Both the position numbers and the translations under genes were made by a program. Under the pieces are notes generated by a model. That model saw only the letters and a list, made by a program, of their open reading frames with translations. It had not been told where the DNA came from and searched no databases. Positions 39,573-51,224 of a stretch of DNA of 64,000 bases are shown piece after piece. Where the stretch lies: assembly GCF_004010195.1 (NCBI RefSeq), contig NC_057755.1:10201989-10265988 (forward strand), read 5' to 3'. The DNA is from Chiloscyllium plagiosum (lineage: Eukaryota). Each line of letters opens with the position of its first letter. The first letter of the stretch is position 1.

Positions 39573-39816
39573 CTGTGGATATTAATCCATTTGCACGACC
39601 ATCACCATACCTTCCCTTCCACCAGCCCACAGTCTGCTTCACCAGACCTAAAACACCGCTCTGTCATGCTAATCTCCCCCGTTTAGTAGAAATGGCCAGT
39701 ATTCTCTAACATACAACATCCAACATGTTATTTAAGCATTGGCATAAAAATGTTTATTTCTCTCTCTTTCTTTCTAGCTCTCTCTCTCTTTACACACACA
39801 CAAAATGCATAATTAC

Positions 39817-39895
39817 CGTCACCGTCACCAGGTTAAACAGGTGGGTCGAATTCAAAATTTGATGTTCTTCTGTAATTCTGCGATTGTGGATTAAT
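39817..39895 (-). CDS. NLR exon ending the LRR region (LIHNRRITEEHQILNSTHLFNLVTVT)
   Basis: ctttcag| ... ACG|gtaatt; phase 2 to 0, open, continues IRLxxN. Confidence 0.7.
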
Positions 39896-40104
39896 CTGAA
39901 AGACATTGAAATCATGAAACTTTGCCATCTTTAATTTTAAACCAATATTTACTTGTAAACATTGCAATGTGTTTTCAAATTATTTCTTAACATTGAGACG
40001 AAAACAAACCATTTCTTTTTTCATTGCTCAAGGCAAAAACACGAAAGGACAATTTAATTTTAAAAGAATAGTTATTTAATAAAGATGATAATAATAAAAA
40101 ATAC

Positions 40105-40296
40105 CTGATTTCTTTGAGATTACTTTTGCATTTGATGAGACGGTACAAAGAGGAAATACATTTTTCAGTCAGTTTGTTTGTCAGTTCATCATCATGCTTA
40201 TCATTACTCAAGTCCAGCTCCAACAATGAACTATTTTCAACGAGTGCGGAGACGAGACCTTCCACAGAATCATCTGTGAGTCTGTTTGATTTTAAT
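40105..40296 (-). CDS. NLR LRR exon, 192 nt (LKSNRLTDDSVEGLVSALVENSSLLELDLSN...KEIR)
   Basis: tttacag| ... AG|gtat, phase 2-2; LxxNxLTD and LxxLDLSN patterns; overlaps ORF 39987..40265. Confidence 0.9.
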
Positions 40297-40736
40297 CTGT
40301 AAAGTAGAAATCACCGTTTAATAGCGGAAGCACACACTCAAACACAGACAAACCAAACAAACAGGTAAACACAAACAAAGGCAAACGAAGACAACCACAA
40401 AAAATCAGAAAAACATGCAAACTCAAATACAGAATTAAATGCACACAATTACACAAATATCCACACATGCACAAATACAAGCACTTAAACGTGAACAAAG
40501 CACATAAACACGAAGGCACATAAAATATTGGTCAACAAAATATTTTATGAAACGTTGAGTTTGGTTATTGAAGTAGAAGTGTATTCACAGTTTATAGGTG
40601 TCTATCACCTTTCTGATTTTTTATCCACACATATCTAGAAAACCAATGTTTTGTTGATCGCACGGAACACATTAATCTGAAGTATCAGGATGAATTAATA
40701 AATTTTCTGATCAATATTTTAACTACAAGTACTCAC

Positions 40737-40823
40737 TCCAGAGTCTGTATTTTACAGTCATGTTTCTTCAGAGCTGTAGCCAAGCAATTTATTCCAGAAT
40801 CTCCAAAGTCATTCCTGTTCAGT
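40737..40823 (-). CDS. NLR LRR exon, 87 nt (LNRNDFGDSGINCLATALKKHDCKIQTLE)
   Basis: tctttag| ... |gtgagt, phase 2-2; ribonuclease-inhibitor-type LRR unit. Confidence 0.9.
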
Positions 40824-43067
40824 CTAAAGACCAGTAACATATTAAAAAAAAAGGTGACAGACAGCAATGCAAAAAATGAAACATCGCCAATGATTCAATG
40901 TATTTAATCCAAGCTTGTTGGGAGCTCGAAGATTGAATGTAGAATCAATAAATCAACACAATTGAATCATTTGAGATAAAGCACAAAGATCAAATATGCA
41001 GCAAGCATTCTCATATGTATTTCCTTAAACGATATCTCCTTTAACAGAATTGAACAATGGACATATTTAATATTTACATGCACAGTAGGCAGAGAATCCT
41101 TTCTGATATTTTTCGGACATAGTCAGTTGCAAGTTGTAAATATTTTACACAGGGCAATTCTGTTTAAATCAGAATTGCAATCTCACTCTTCTCTTAAGTA
41201 TACACTTAATGCATGTGTAAAACGAATACTATTTTTGAAACCTTTATCTCTGAAGTTCAGCAGATTTAACAGAACAAGTCGAAATGAACTTTCACTTTTG
41301 TTCTTATTTTAGGTCTTCCAGCATTTTTTGCTCCTGAAATAAAGCTGGAAAGTGAACTTCCAATTTTCAGAATCTAATTCACAAAGCCTAAGGAAACTGA
41401 TCTGCTTGGCTGAATTGAGCTGAAAGTTCGTGCTTCCAAATAAACATGGTGGACTACAGTCTGGTGTTGGATGATTTTTAACTTTGCCTACCCCAGTCCA
41501 ACACTAGTGCCCACAAATCTTGATATATATTGTTATTCATTTTTTCAACCAGATCAAATCAATAAATAAGATACATTCTAACAGGCAATGTCAACAAATC
41601 TCAAAATGAAAATTCATCTAATGGTCTGCCTTCAACTCTGTGCTGGTTGTCGGAGTTTACAATAGACAATGCACCCTGATTTTATGGAAAAAGTACTGGT
41701 CAGAGAATCCCAAAAAGAACAAATTGAGTAATTTGGTGTCAGGAGATGCTCGAATGGTCAGGAAATGTGGAGTTGATTTCTGCTTTTGCAAGATTTGAGC
41801 TAACAGCAGTTCCTCTTTGGTAAGTTAAAGGAGACAGACAGAATATTGATTAAGTGATGAGCGGACAGTTGTGTATGTTGAACGAAGTTGGTAGTTGCGA
41901 ATTGCAGGACTGCAGTTAAGAAACAGGGAGGCAATAGCCTGGTGGTATCGTCACAAATCTATTAATCCATAGAACCAAGTAATGTTCGGAGAGCCCAGGT
42001 ATATTTTCCATTGCAGATGGTGGGCTTCAATTCCAAACTAATCTACACATAAGTGTTAAATTTGACCATGAAATAATTGCCAGAAGAAAGCATCATCTGG
42101 TTTTCTGATGTTCTTCAGGCAATCTTGCCATGCTCTAGACTACACGTGACTCCATGCCCACAACAATGTTGTTGACTCCTAATTAGGGATGGGCAATAAA
42201 TCCTCACCAAGTCGACAATGCATGAACCTGTGGATGAATCTTTTTTTAAGATCTTGGCAGACGAGTTGAAAGTGTGTGATTGATGCATCATTAGTCACGT
42301 ACCGGCTAAATGACTGCCATAGCAAGATAGAACGGCTAGTGTTTAGTGAGCTGGCTACATTGTTTGGTTCATTGGTGGGTACGAAGCCTAATTGGATAGT
42401 TAATTAAGTAATGGATGGCACAGAATGGATGCTGGATGAGATGTGTAAATAGGAAATTTGGCGATATGAGAGTAATTGGGTGACCAAGCTAGATAAGGCA
42501 GATATCTAGAAACTGTTTGAATAGGAAAGTGAGAGGTTTTAGTGGGTAGTTACAAAAGATCTGTAGATGAACATGTACTTGGGAAGGATAACTCAGCTCA
42601 GGGGCATTGTGTATCTCATTAAGACAAGACCCACATTCGAGTAGGACGTTCTGTTAAAGTTTCTAAAATGATGAATGGACAGGATGGAGTTGATACTGAT
42701 CCCAGTTGTAAGGGATTGAATGAAGAAGTTACTGAGTTTAAAAAAAATTCAGCAAGCTTATAATAATAATGGTATGGAAAGCAATGTCATAAAATGTAGC
42801 TTGTTTATAACATTTATAGCATATTGGATGTTTCTTTAAATGGAAAAAAATACAATTTTTGCGGGGATGAACGTAAGATATTGACACAAAGTTAAGATAC
42901 ACAGAGAGCCAATAAAGACACATTTGACCGAATGACTACTTTCAGCTGTGTAAAAATTCTGGGATTCTGTTCCCGAAGCTGGTCAGGAGCTGATGAACTC
43001 ATTACTTGATTCTGTGCTGTAAGGTTCACGTTAGGTATGAAAGATTTGTTTTCACTTCCGTGAAATG

Positions 43068-43646
43068 ATATCAGATTCTTATAAGAATGCATTATAATCC
43101 ATGACTTGTTTCGGAATCTATTTTCGTTCACATGCTGTGTGCATTGCCTGCTAGGTATCATTTATCACCCAGAAGACAGTTAACTGTGAAGCTGTGGGTC
43201 TGGAGTCTCATGTCAGCAAGACTGGGTAAGAATAGCAGTTACTTTGCCTAAACGTAATGAGTGAATCAGATGACATTTTCAGGCAATCAGCAATGTTTTT
43301 TTAATGGTCATCTTCAGACTCGTAATTCCATCTTTTTTACAATTGAACGCATATTTCTCTCTCTCTGTCCTGTACGTTTTGAACGCAGGTCCCCAGAACC
43401 TTACCTGCCTCTGGATTAACGGTCCAGCAATAATATCACTAGGCCATGGCCTACCCGGCTGCTGTCCTGTTCGCAGAATATATGAGACACTGGTTTGCTC
43501 AAACCAACTTTGATCCAGTCCATAAAAATTGGCACTGCGAGCAGTCCATTGAGCCCCTCGGGCCTGCTCTGCCATTCAAGATTTACATTCCTCGCATCCA
43601 CTTCCCACCCCTTTCCACATAATCCTTGATTCTCCGACTGATTAAG

Positions 43647-43681
<35 letters not shown>

Positions 43682-44080
43682 TTTTAGGCTCTCTCATGAC
43701 GGAAATATTTCCTCAGCATTTATCCTGTCAAGCCCCATCAGAATGTTATCAGATTCTTATAAGAATGCATTATAACTCATGACTTATTTTGGAATCTATT
43801 TTCCTTCATAGGATGCGTGCATTGCCTGCTCGGTATCATTTATCGCCCAGAGGACAGTTAAGAGTCAACTGTGAAGCTATGGGTCTGGAGTCCCATGTCA
43901 GCAAGACTGGGTAAGTATAGCAGTTTCTTTGACTAAAGGTCATGAGTGAAACAGATGACATTTTCAGGCAATCAGCAATGCTTTGATGGTCATCAGCAGA
44001 CTCGTAATTCTTTTTTTACAATTGAACTCATGTTTCTCTATCTGTCCTGTAGGTTTTGAACCCAGGTCCCCAGAACCTGA
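43068..44080. repeat. Local direct duplication of about 335 bp (43068-43403 and 43748-44079) flanking a (CT)n tract
   Basis: atcagattcttataagaatgcattata ... caggtccccagaacct present twice. Confidence 0.85.
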
Positions 44081-44240
44081 TTAGCTCATTGTTCAGCCAT
44101 CAGAGCATTCCCACTTGTTCTCGTTCCATTAACCACACCAATGAACTGAGATAATATTCCAACTAATTCACACCTTTCCATTTCACTTATAAAATTGAGT
44201 AAGTGCAAAGTTTTGATTTAACACTACCAGAGAGAATTAC

Positions 44241-45954
44241 CTGAGAATTTTACATTTAGGCAACGCAGGCTCGAGCTGACGAACACAGTCATCTTGTATT
44301 CCACAAGCATAGAGATTCAACTCTTCTACCTGTTCCATGTATAGAAATGAAAAGGCAAGTGCTGCACAGTCAGACGGTTTCAGCAGACACTGGGTCAAAG
44401 TTATTGACTGTAGCAGTAGGAAGGTGTCACTAATCAATGGTTTGTCTTGAAATTCAATAAAGCAATGCAAGAGCTGTAAGAAGACCCTCTGGCTTTGCAT
44501 ATCTCCCGCTTTCTGAATGTGCCTCCTAATATTGTCCTTGAGCCAAACAGACACTAGACGAGTTGCTTCAGAGGGGAAATCGCCCAACAGGTTCTCGAGC
44601 TGATTGTTCAAATTCTGTGAAAGCAGGCCAGTGAAGAAACGTGAAAATATCTCGAATCTGTTGTCACTGCATGTGAAGCCTTCATCAAGCTGTCGGACCA
44701 GACCTTTTGTGGATGTGGTCAGACATTTGGCGACTGCAGCAATGAAATCTTGCAGAACACAGTGACTGAATGAGTAAGCAACGTTGCTGGAATCTTCAAT
44801 CTCCATCATAAAGGAAGAGATGAAATTGGAATCCTCAAGCTCACGCTGATTGATTTGGTCAGAAACAAACACAACAATTTTGTTGCTTACTCCTTTCCAG
44901 GCCAACTCGCCAATTTTTTTCAGTTTATGCAAAGATTTTCTCACAACATAACCACATCTTGCTAAAAGTTCAGTGATGTAGGCGGAAAACATCTCTGTGC
45001 TAGTTGGGATCAACAGTGGCCCTTGTTTCTCTGGTTCTCTCAGGCGTGTCTCCAATAATGAAGAGAGAACAGAACAGTACAAGGGATTGTAGCACATCGT
45101 GTACAATGTCTCATTTTGCCGAATGGACTCCATTACACCTGTGGCTAACTGCTCATCTCCAAAGCACCGTCGAAAATATCGTTTTATATTCTCCGAGTTG
45201 AACCCTAAAATCTCGCCTCTTAGATTTATTTGTGTCTTTGTTAAATTCCCCATTTTCCAAGGCCGACTTGTAACCAAGACTGAACAACCATGTAGCAAGT
45301 TGCCCTGCATAAGGCTGCGGACAATGTCTGATACCCAATGTGGGGACTTAGTATCTAAACATTGATTCTGTGAGTGTTTGCAGCTCTGCAAATCAATATA
45401 ATCCACGCCACAGTCAAATTTGTCTAAGTCCTCAAATATGAACAGTATGCTACCAGGATCTTCCCATATATGTTTCAACATTTTTGCAAGGTAAGGGTAG
45501 GAATTCAGGATTAGGGTATTTAGATTTATTTTGACGTTTATTAAGTTTAATTGTGGAAAATGTAATTGAAATACAAATTTAAACTCTTGATATATTTTCC
45601 CAGTAGCCCAATCATGGATTATTTTCTGTACCAAAATGCTTTTTCCAATTCCTGCAGTCCCAAATACAATAGTTGTGCCAGATTTGTCTGTTTCAGAGCC
45701 ACTTCTCAGTAACTGATCGATCTGAACTTGATGCACATTCTTGACACTTTCTGTTTGCACCTTTTCCCGTTCTTCACCTCGAAACTTTAGTTCATTTTCT
45801 ACCAAGCCACGTTCACGTATCGGAGCTACAATCATCATGTCTGTGTATATCTCCTCAAGTGAAGATGCATTGCATTTGCCTCTTCCTGAAGTTATTGTGT
45901 AACTCACCATCATGTTCTGTTTTCGAAGGTTCTCCCTGTGTTGGCACTCTAACC
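44241..45954 (-). CDS. NLR (NLRP3/NLRC3-like) NACHT exon: pre-NACHT segment, NACHT, HD1/WHD/HD2 and first LRRs
   Basis: 558-aa ORF with Walker A GTAGIGKS, Walker B region ILFIFEDLDKF, sensor-1 VLVTSRP, CYNPLYC, winged-helix YSFSHCVLQDFIAA and LRR VEELNLYACGIQD. Acceptor ttaaag|GG at 45954, donor CAG|GTAATT at 44241. Confidence 0.95.
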
Positions 45955-46343
45955 CTTTAATTCAAAAGAACATATTTATTTCCACAGTTCATCAAGGTTA
46001 GGAGCAAAATATCTCATGAAACTTTGCACTGAAGAAGGTAATGTCTATCTGTTTCATTTTTTAAAAGAAAAGATAAATGTTGCTTTGCAATGAGGGGAAG
46101 GTCTTCAACTTTAAATATTTGACACTTTGTTATAGTATTATGAAGTCGAAGGCGTGTATTGGACCTTTAAGACAGATTGAATGCTGCTCTGAAATGAGTG
46201 ATTACACCACCTGTGCATTTGACTAGCTAGCAGTCTTAGAGTGCAGTCGGAAATTGAAAATATGCAACATTTGCCAGTGAAATCGATTTCAGAGTTGGTT
46301 GCTATATTTAACAACAATTCGAATTTAACCAATCACTTTGTGT

Positions 46344-48150
46344 TGTGATCCAGGATACTAAAACCTTACCGAGTTTCAATTTATTGTTTTAACAACATCG
46401 AACCAATGAGACAATCTGATGTTTGGATATAAAATTGTGGACATTTGGAAAATTGGAGAGAGTGCAACTGCCATCGAGAGAGACCTAAGAAATTGAGTAA
46501 CACTCTCTATCAAAAGTACTTTTTCACATGAAACATACTCGCAGTAAAAAGAAAGAAGACGACTAACAGAGATTTTCAACTTGAAGAAGAAAGAGAGCGA
46601 AGGCAATGGGGCTCTTTGGTTTTACAATTAAGTTAATGCAATTTAATTCGTGTCATATTGGAACAGTGCATTGTTGTAGTTGGAGGCACTTAAGAGCAAG
46701 GGGACCTTAGAAATGTGAATAGTCATTGGTTAATGTTCACTTTTATCGATTAAAAAATGATGTTTTTTTTCAATAGTGGAATTTGCGAGTTCGCTGTCAT
46801 TCAAATTTCAACACAGTCTGAGGCAATATGATCTCTTCTGGGTGCTTGGTTTGATTTACAAAGGAATTCATTGCAGTATGTAATAGTTTGGGGGCTCTGG
46901 TCCGAGATATCAATAGATTTGGACCCTTTTAGAAAGATCCCAGTCTGGCATTTGGACAGATTTGAAGAGATATGGGGTACTAAAGTTTTTTGGGATTAGA
47001 GAAAAAGAGAGAGAGAGGGAGAGGAAGATAAGGCTCATTAAAGAGAGAAAATTAGAGAAAAAAGAAAGCGAGAATAGGTTCTTTGCTGAGCGAGGAGAGA
47101 CAAAAGAAACAGACGGGGAAAGGGAGAGAGAATTTGAGCTTCACAAATTGCAAATTAAACAGAAAAGTCAAGTTAACACGATGGGGATGAAGATAAAGAG
47201 CAGTGATGTATACAAATATATTAAAACTTGAGATGAGAAAGATTTTGAAGCCTTTTTTTTGAAAAATTGGCTCGGCAAATAGAGTGGCCAGAGAACTTGT
47301 GAATGATGCTAGTTCAGAGCTGGTGAGGTATTTGCAGTGTTGTCAGATGAAGGGTCAAGAGATCATGCAGATATCAAACTGTCTATTTTTGGTGCCTATG
47401 AATTGGTACCAGAAGCATATAGACAGTGTTTCAGAAGCATAAAGAAGGAACCAAGTCAGAGTTATGAGGAGTTTCAAAAAATTAAACATTGCCACTTTCA
47501 TCTTTGGGTGCAGGCCCTAAAATATAGATAAGACCTATGAGGTTCTAAGAGACATTACTCTTCTGGAAGTGTTTAACATCTCACTTCCAGAGACGATGAG
47601 AAGTCATGTGAATGAACAGAAAGCTCACGAATATGCGTTGGTGCATCAGGCGGAAATTATTTTCCCACAAGAATTGCATCTTGTGGGAGATAGAAATTGG
47701 TAGAAGTAGAGATCCTACACTACAAAACAAAGATTAAGGCACACTAATCATTGTTTACCACAGATGAAGAAAGAAGCTCAAGAGGGTGAAAATGAATTTA
47801 AAGGCCTCAGGTGATTTCCACTATGGTGAGGTGGAGCGTGTAAAGTCACGATGATTGTTGTTGAACAAAGGCACTTTGGGAAAAGATATGGTAAAAGTAG
47901 TAAAGGAAATCCCAAGAAACGTTCAGGAGCCGCAGGAGAGCGCATAGCCTAGGCAGGGGCTGGATATTGAGTTAGTGTCCTATCTCTATGAAGACATCAT
48001 GCTTGTGGGTCACCTTTCCTCAGGAAGAACAAGGGGAGAAGTCAAATAAATTATAAGTTCGAGGATGCACGATCTAATCAGTCTCTAAAAGCAAGAGATT
48101 AACATATTTGAACTCTTTCTGACAAGTTTCACGAGAGAGTGGTAATTTGT
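46344..48150 (+). mobile_element. Degenerate Gypsy (Gmr1-like, SCAN-type gag) LTR element: LTR remnant, PBS, gag
   Basis: tRNA-Pro-like PBS tgggggctctggtccgagat at 46889-46908; EREFELHKLQ coiled coil; AYELVPEAYRQCFR gag motif. Left boundary approximate. Confidence 0.75.
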
Positions 48151-48154
48151 AATT

Positions 48155-49135
48155 ATCTAATAATTTTGTAGATCTTGATTACTTATCCTCCATACCCTCT
48201 GCCTTTCCAATAAGAACAATCCAAGTTTATCCAATCTCTTATCGTAACTGCAACCATCCAGACCAGGCCACGTCCTGGTAAACCTTCCATGGGCACTCTG
48301 CAAACCGTGTCCTTGTGATAGCATGGCCAACAGAGCTGAGCGCAATATTCCAAATGTGGGGTCACTGAAGTTTTGTGAACTGCAACATAACTTCCCAGAT
48401 TTTATATTCAATTTCCTGGCCGATGAAGACAAACATGAAGTATGTGTTCTTGACCACCTTATCCAACAGTGATGCGACTTTCAGTGATCTGTGGACTTTT
48501 ACACCCAGATTGCTCTGTATGTTAATGCATCTGAGGATTGACAATTCGCACCTTAATTAGATCTTCCAAAATACTTCACCTCAAATTTGCCCGAACTAAA
48601 CTCCATCTGCCATTTCATTCGCCAGAATTGCAACCTATCTATATCCCACTGAGTCCTTTAACAAGCCTGCTCATCGTTCCTCACTATCTGCATCTCCATC
48701 AATTTTGGTGTTGTCAGCAAACTTACTAATTAGACCACCGATGTTTTCCAGCAGATCATTTACACATATTATAAACAAAAAGGTCTAGCACTGATCCCTG
48801 CAGAATACCACTACTTACTGATCTCACTTCCACACTATTCTCTATCTTCTATGACCAAGCAAGTTTTATATACATCTCGCCAGCTCACCCTGGATGCCAT
48901 GAGACTCTACCTTCAGTACCATCTTGCCATGAAGCAACTTGTAAATGCCTTACGATAGTCCATGTAGACAACATCCACTGCCCTTCTTTCATAAATCATT
49001 CTTACCACTAACTCAACAAAAGCTCACGCAAGTTCGTGAGACACTATCTTCCCCTTACAAATCCATGCTGTCTAACACTAAACGATCTTGAAAATGCCAA
49101 TAAATTCTATCTCGCAGTATCTTCTCTAAGTGATC
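48155..49135 (-). mobile_element. Degenerate CR1 LINE RT fragment
   Basis: LGVKVHRSLKVASLLDKVVK, PHLEYCAQL, RLDKLGLFLLE. Confidence 0.85.
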
Positions 49136-49537
49136 CTGATCACTTCCTCTGTCTAATAGGCAAAAGATACGACATTCATTAAAAGTCTTTGCTCCACTTT
49201 GTTGTAAAAATTTTCATTAAAAGCGATCCTCTTTCATTAATGGGGAAGCTTGCTCCTTCAGAACAGTAAGATAGATAAGTTGTGTGCATTCCTAAATCAG
49301 ATCCCAGAAACAGCACACTGGCGGAATCAATGCCTGACCAGGTTTCAGTTAACCATTGGAGGAGGGACCCGCTATGAATGTTAAACATATATTTGTGTTT
49401 TAAGTGTCATTTAGCCCATTAAATTAACAATAGTTTACCCGCCTCAGGCAATTCATTATCTGAAACAGGGTAAGTGGAGATTAAAAAGAAAGTGCTGGTT
49501 GGAACATCAATTCAACACACACAAAAAAAGTACTTAC

Positions 49538-49676
49538 TACTTCTTATACTCTTGCTGGTTCCTTCATCTTCCAGATATGAGTGGTCATGTTTACTGACGA
49601 CTTCTGTGGAGTTTTTACCAGGCAAACGTGCGGTAGCAGCAATTCGTTTTTGGCTTATAATCGACATTTCATCCAT
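49538..49676 (-). CDS. Putative first coding exon of the NLR gene (MDEMSIISQKRIAATARLPGKNSTEVVSKHDHSYLEDEGTSKSIRS)
   Basis: ATG at 49676 directly preceded by in-frame TAA TGA. Open for 46 codons plus 1 nt, ending at donor A|GTAAGT in phase 1, which matches the phase-1 acceptor of the NACHT exon. Confidence 0.55.
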
Positions 49677-50549
49677 TCATTAGATGCTGATTGGCCAGCT
49701 ATTTGTAGATCTATCGATTTGAAAAGTGATTGAGTGCGATCCCTTTAAGCAGTTTCAATATTGAGCTTTTATTCTCCCCCAGTACTTGATCTGCCCTGAT
49801 CAGTTCCTACACATGAATGCACATGTTATCCATCTCACGAAAGGTATTTGCTGATTCAAAAATAAGTTGAGTCATATTTCCAACTTTTTCACTTAAAGAA
49901 AAATGCGTTCGTCATTGATATGGGCAGACACGATTTTCGGATCCTCCACCTAATCACACAGTTGACTATGCCTCTGACTCTATGACTCTAAGGGCTGAAG
50001 AGGGAGACGTTTCTTGTGAGCGTTACTTTCATTATTGCTTTCGATTCCTGAATCCGACGTTGGAAATTGTATTGTTCTGAAATATAGATCCCAGGAAGAA
50101 AATTCTGCAAAATGAATAAAGTTAGTCATGTGTGAAGTGTGAAAATCAGTGATCTCTTTTTGTTTTATTGGAAACTGGGCGTCCAAATCGCGTCAAGGTG
50201 GGAGTGGGAGCCGTGAATCAGATTTTAATCCTATTCATTCGGAGTAGATCCGAAGGGCAGAATGACCTTAGCTCTGCTATTAATTTCAGCATTCCTCCAG
50301 GAGGCTTTGAAAGGAGCTACTCCTCCATTCAGAAAGCCATTTCCCTTCCGGTTTTCCGCTGAGATCTCTTCAGGCCATTGGGAGTGATTCTCTGCCCACG
50401 GGGTGGTAAATAAGGCAATTCCACGGAGTTGAAGGATTGGACAAGGAGGGAAAAAAGAGATGAGAGTCTCTACATAGGGGAGAAATGAAATCGGAGTCAG
50501 GTGACAGAGGGAAACTACCAGCTGCGTGGTGGCAGAGGACATAGAGAAT

Positions 50550-50790
50550 GTTGGGTGCAGGGACTGTGTGGGGAGAGTGGTGTGTAGTGGGGATGTGGTG
50601 AGGAAGGAGTAGTATATGGTGGGGTGTTGTCAGAGTGGTATGGTATGTGGTGTGGGTGTGTTGAGAGGGGAGTGGCATGTGGTGGGAGGTGGGGGTGTGG
50701 TGAGGGGAGTGGTATGTACTGGGGGTTTAGTGAAGGCAAGTAGAAAGTGTGGTGGGTGAGGGGTTTGGGGAGTGATGTCTGGTGGGCATG
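50550..50790 (+). repeat. G/T-rich low-complexity tract
   Basis: Imperfect gtgg/ggtg/gggg repeats. Confidence 0.7.
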
Positions 50791-51224
50791 GAAATAGCTG
50801 CTGGTTCATTCCTGCTCATTTTTCTTTTATTATACGTTAAATAAGAAACTTATTGTTTTATTGACCCGCATTGCCTTTAGGGTCTACCTGAAAATTGAAA
50901 AGAAATATTCAGTCCATGTTGTAGAGTATTTCGAAAAGGCTGTATGAGAAATTACATGAAGGACATAGGCAGAAAGCCTGATAAAATGAAACAACAAACA
51001 CACATTGAGTAAATAACTGTTACTCGGGCATCTATTACTGAGAGCTTATTGTTGAGTTAGTGCAATGAGTGAAAAGGTTGATATGGAACTGTGGATGCTG
51101 TATTGGGTTAATCAGAAATGATTACATTGGTGTTTTACGCTTCTCAGGAATAATCTGGGAAGTGAATCGCTCAAATGTGAAATGGGTTTCGAGGGAACTT
51201 TCTTTGTGACTCAGCTTGGAACAG

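Noticed and set aside
50030..50392. Two exon-like segments upstream of the putative start
   Set aside because: Weak splice signals, no recognisable domain, and no open junction to the 49.6-kb exon.
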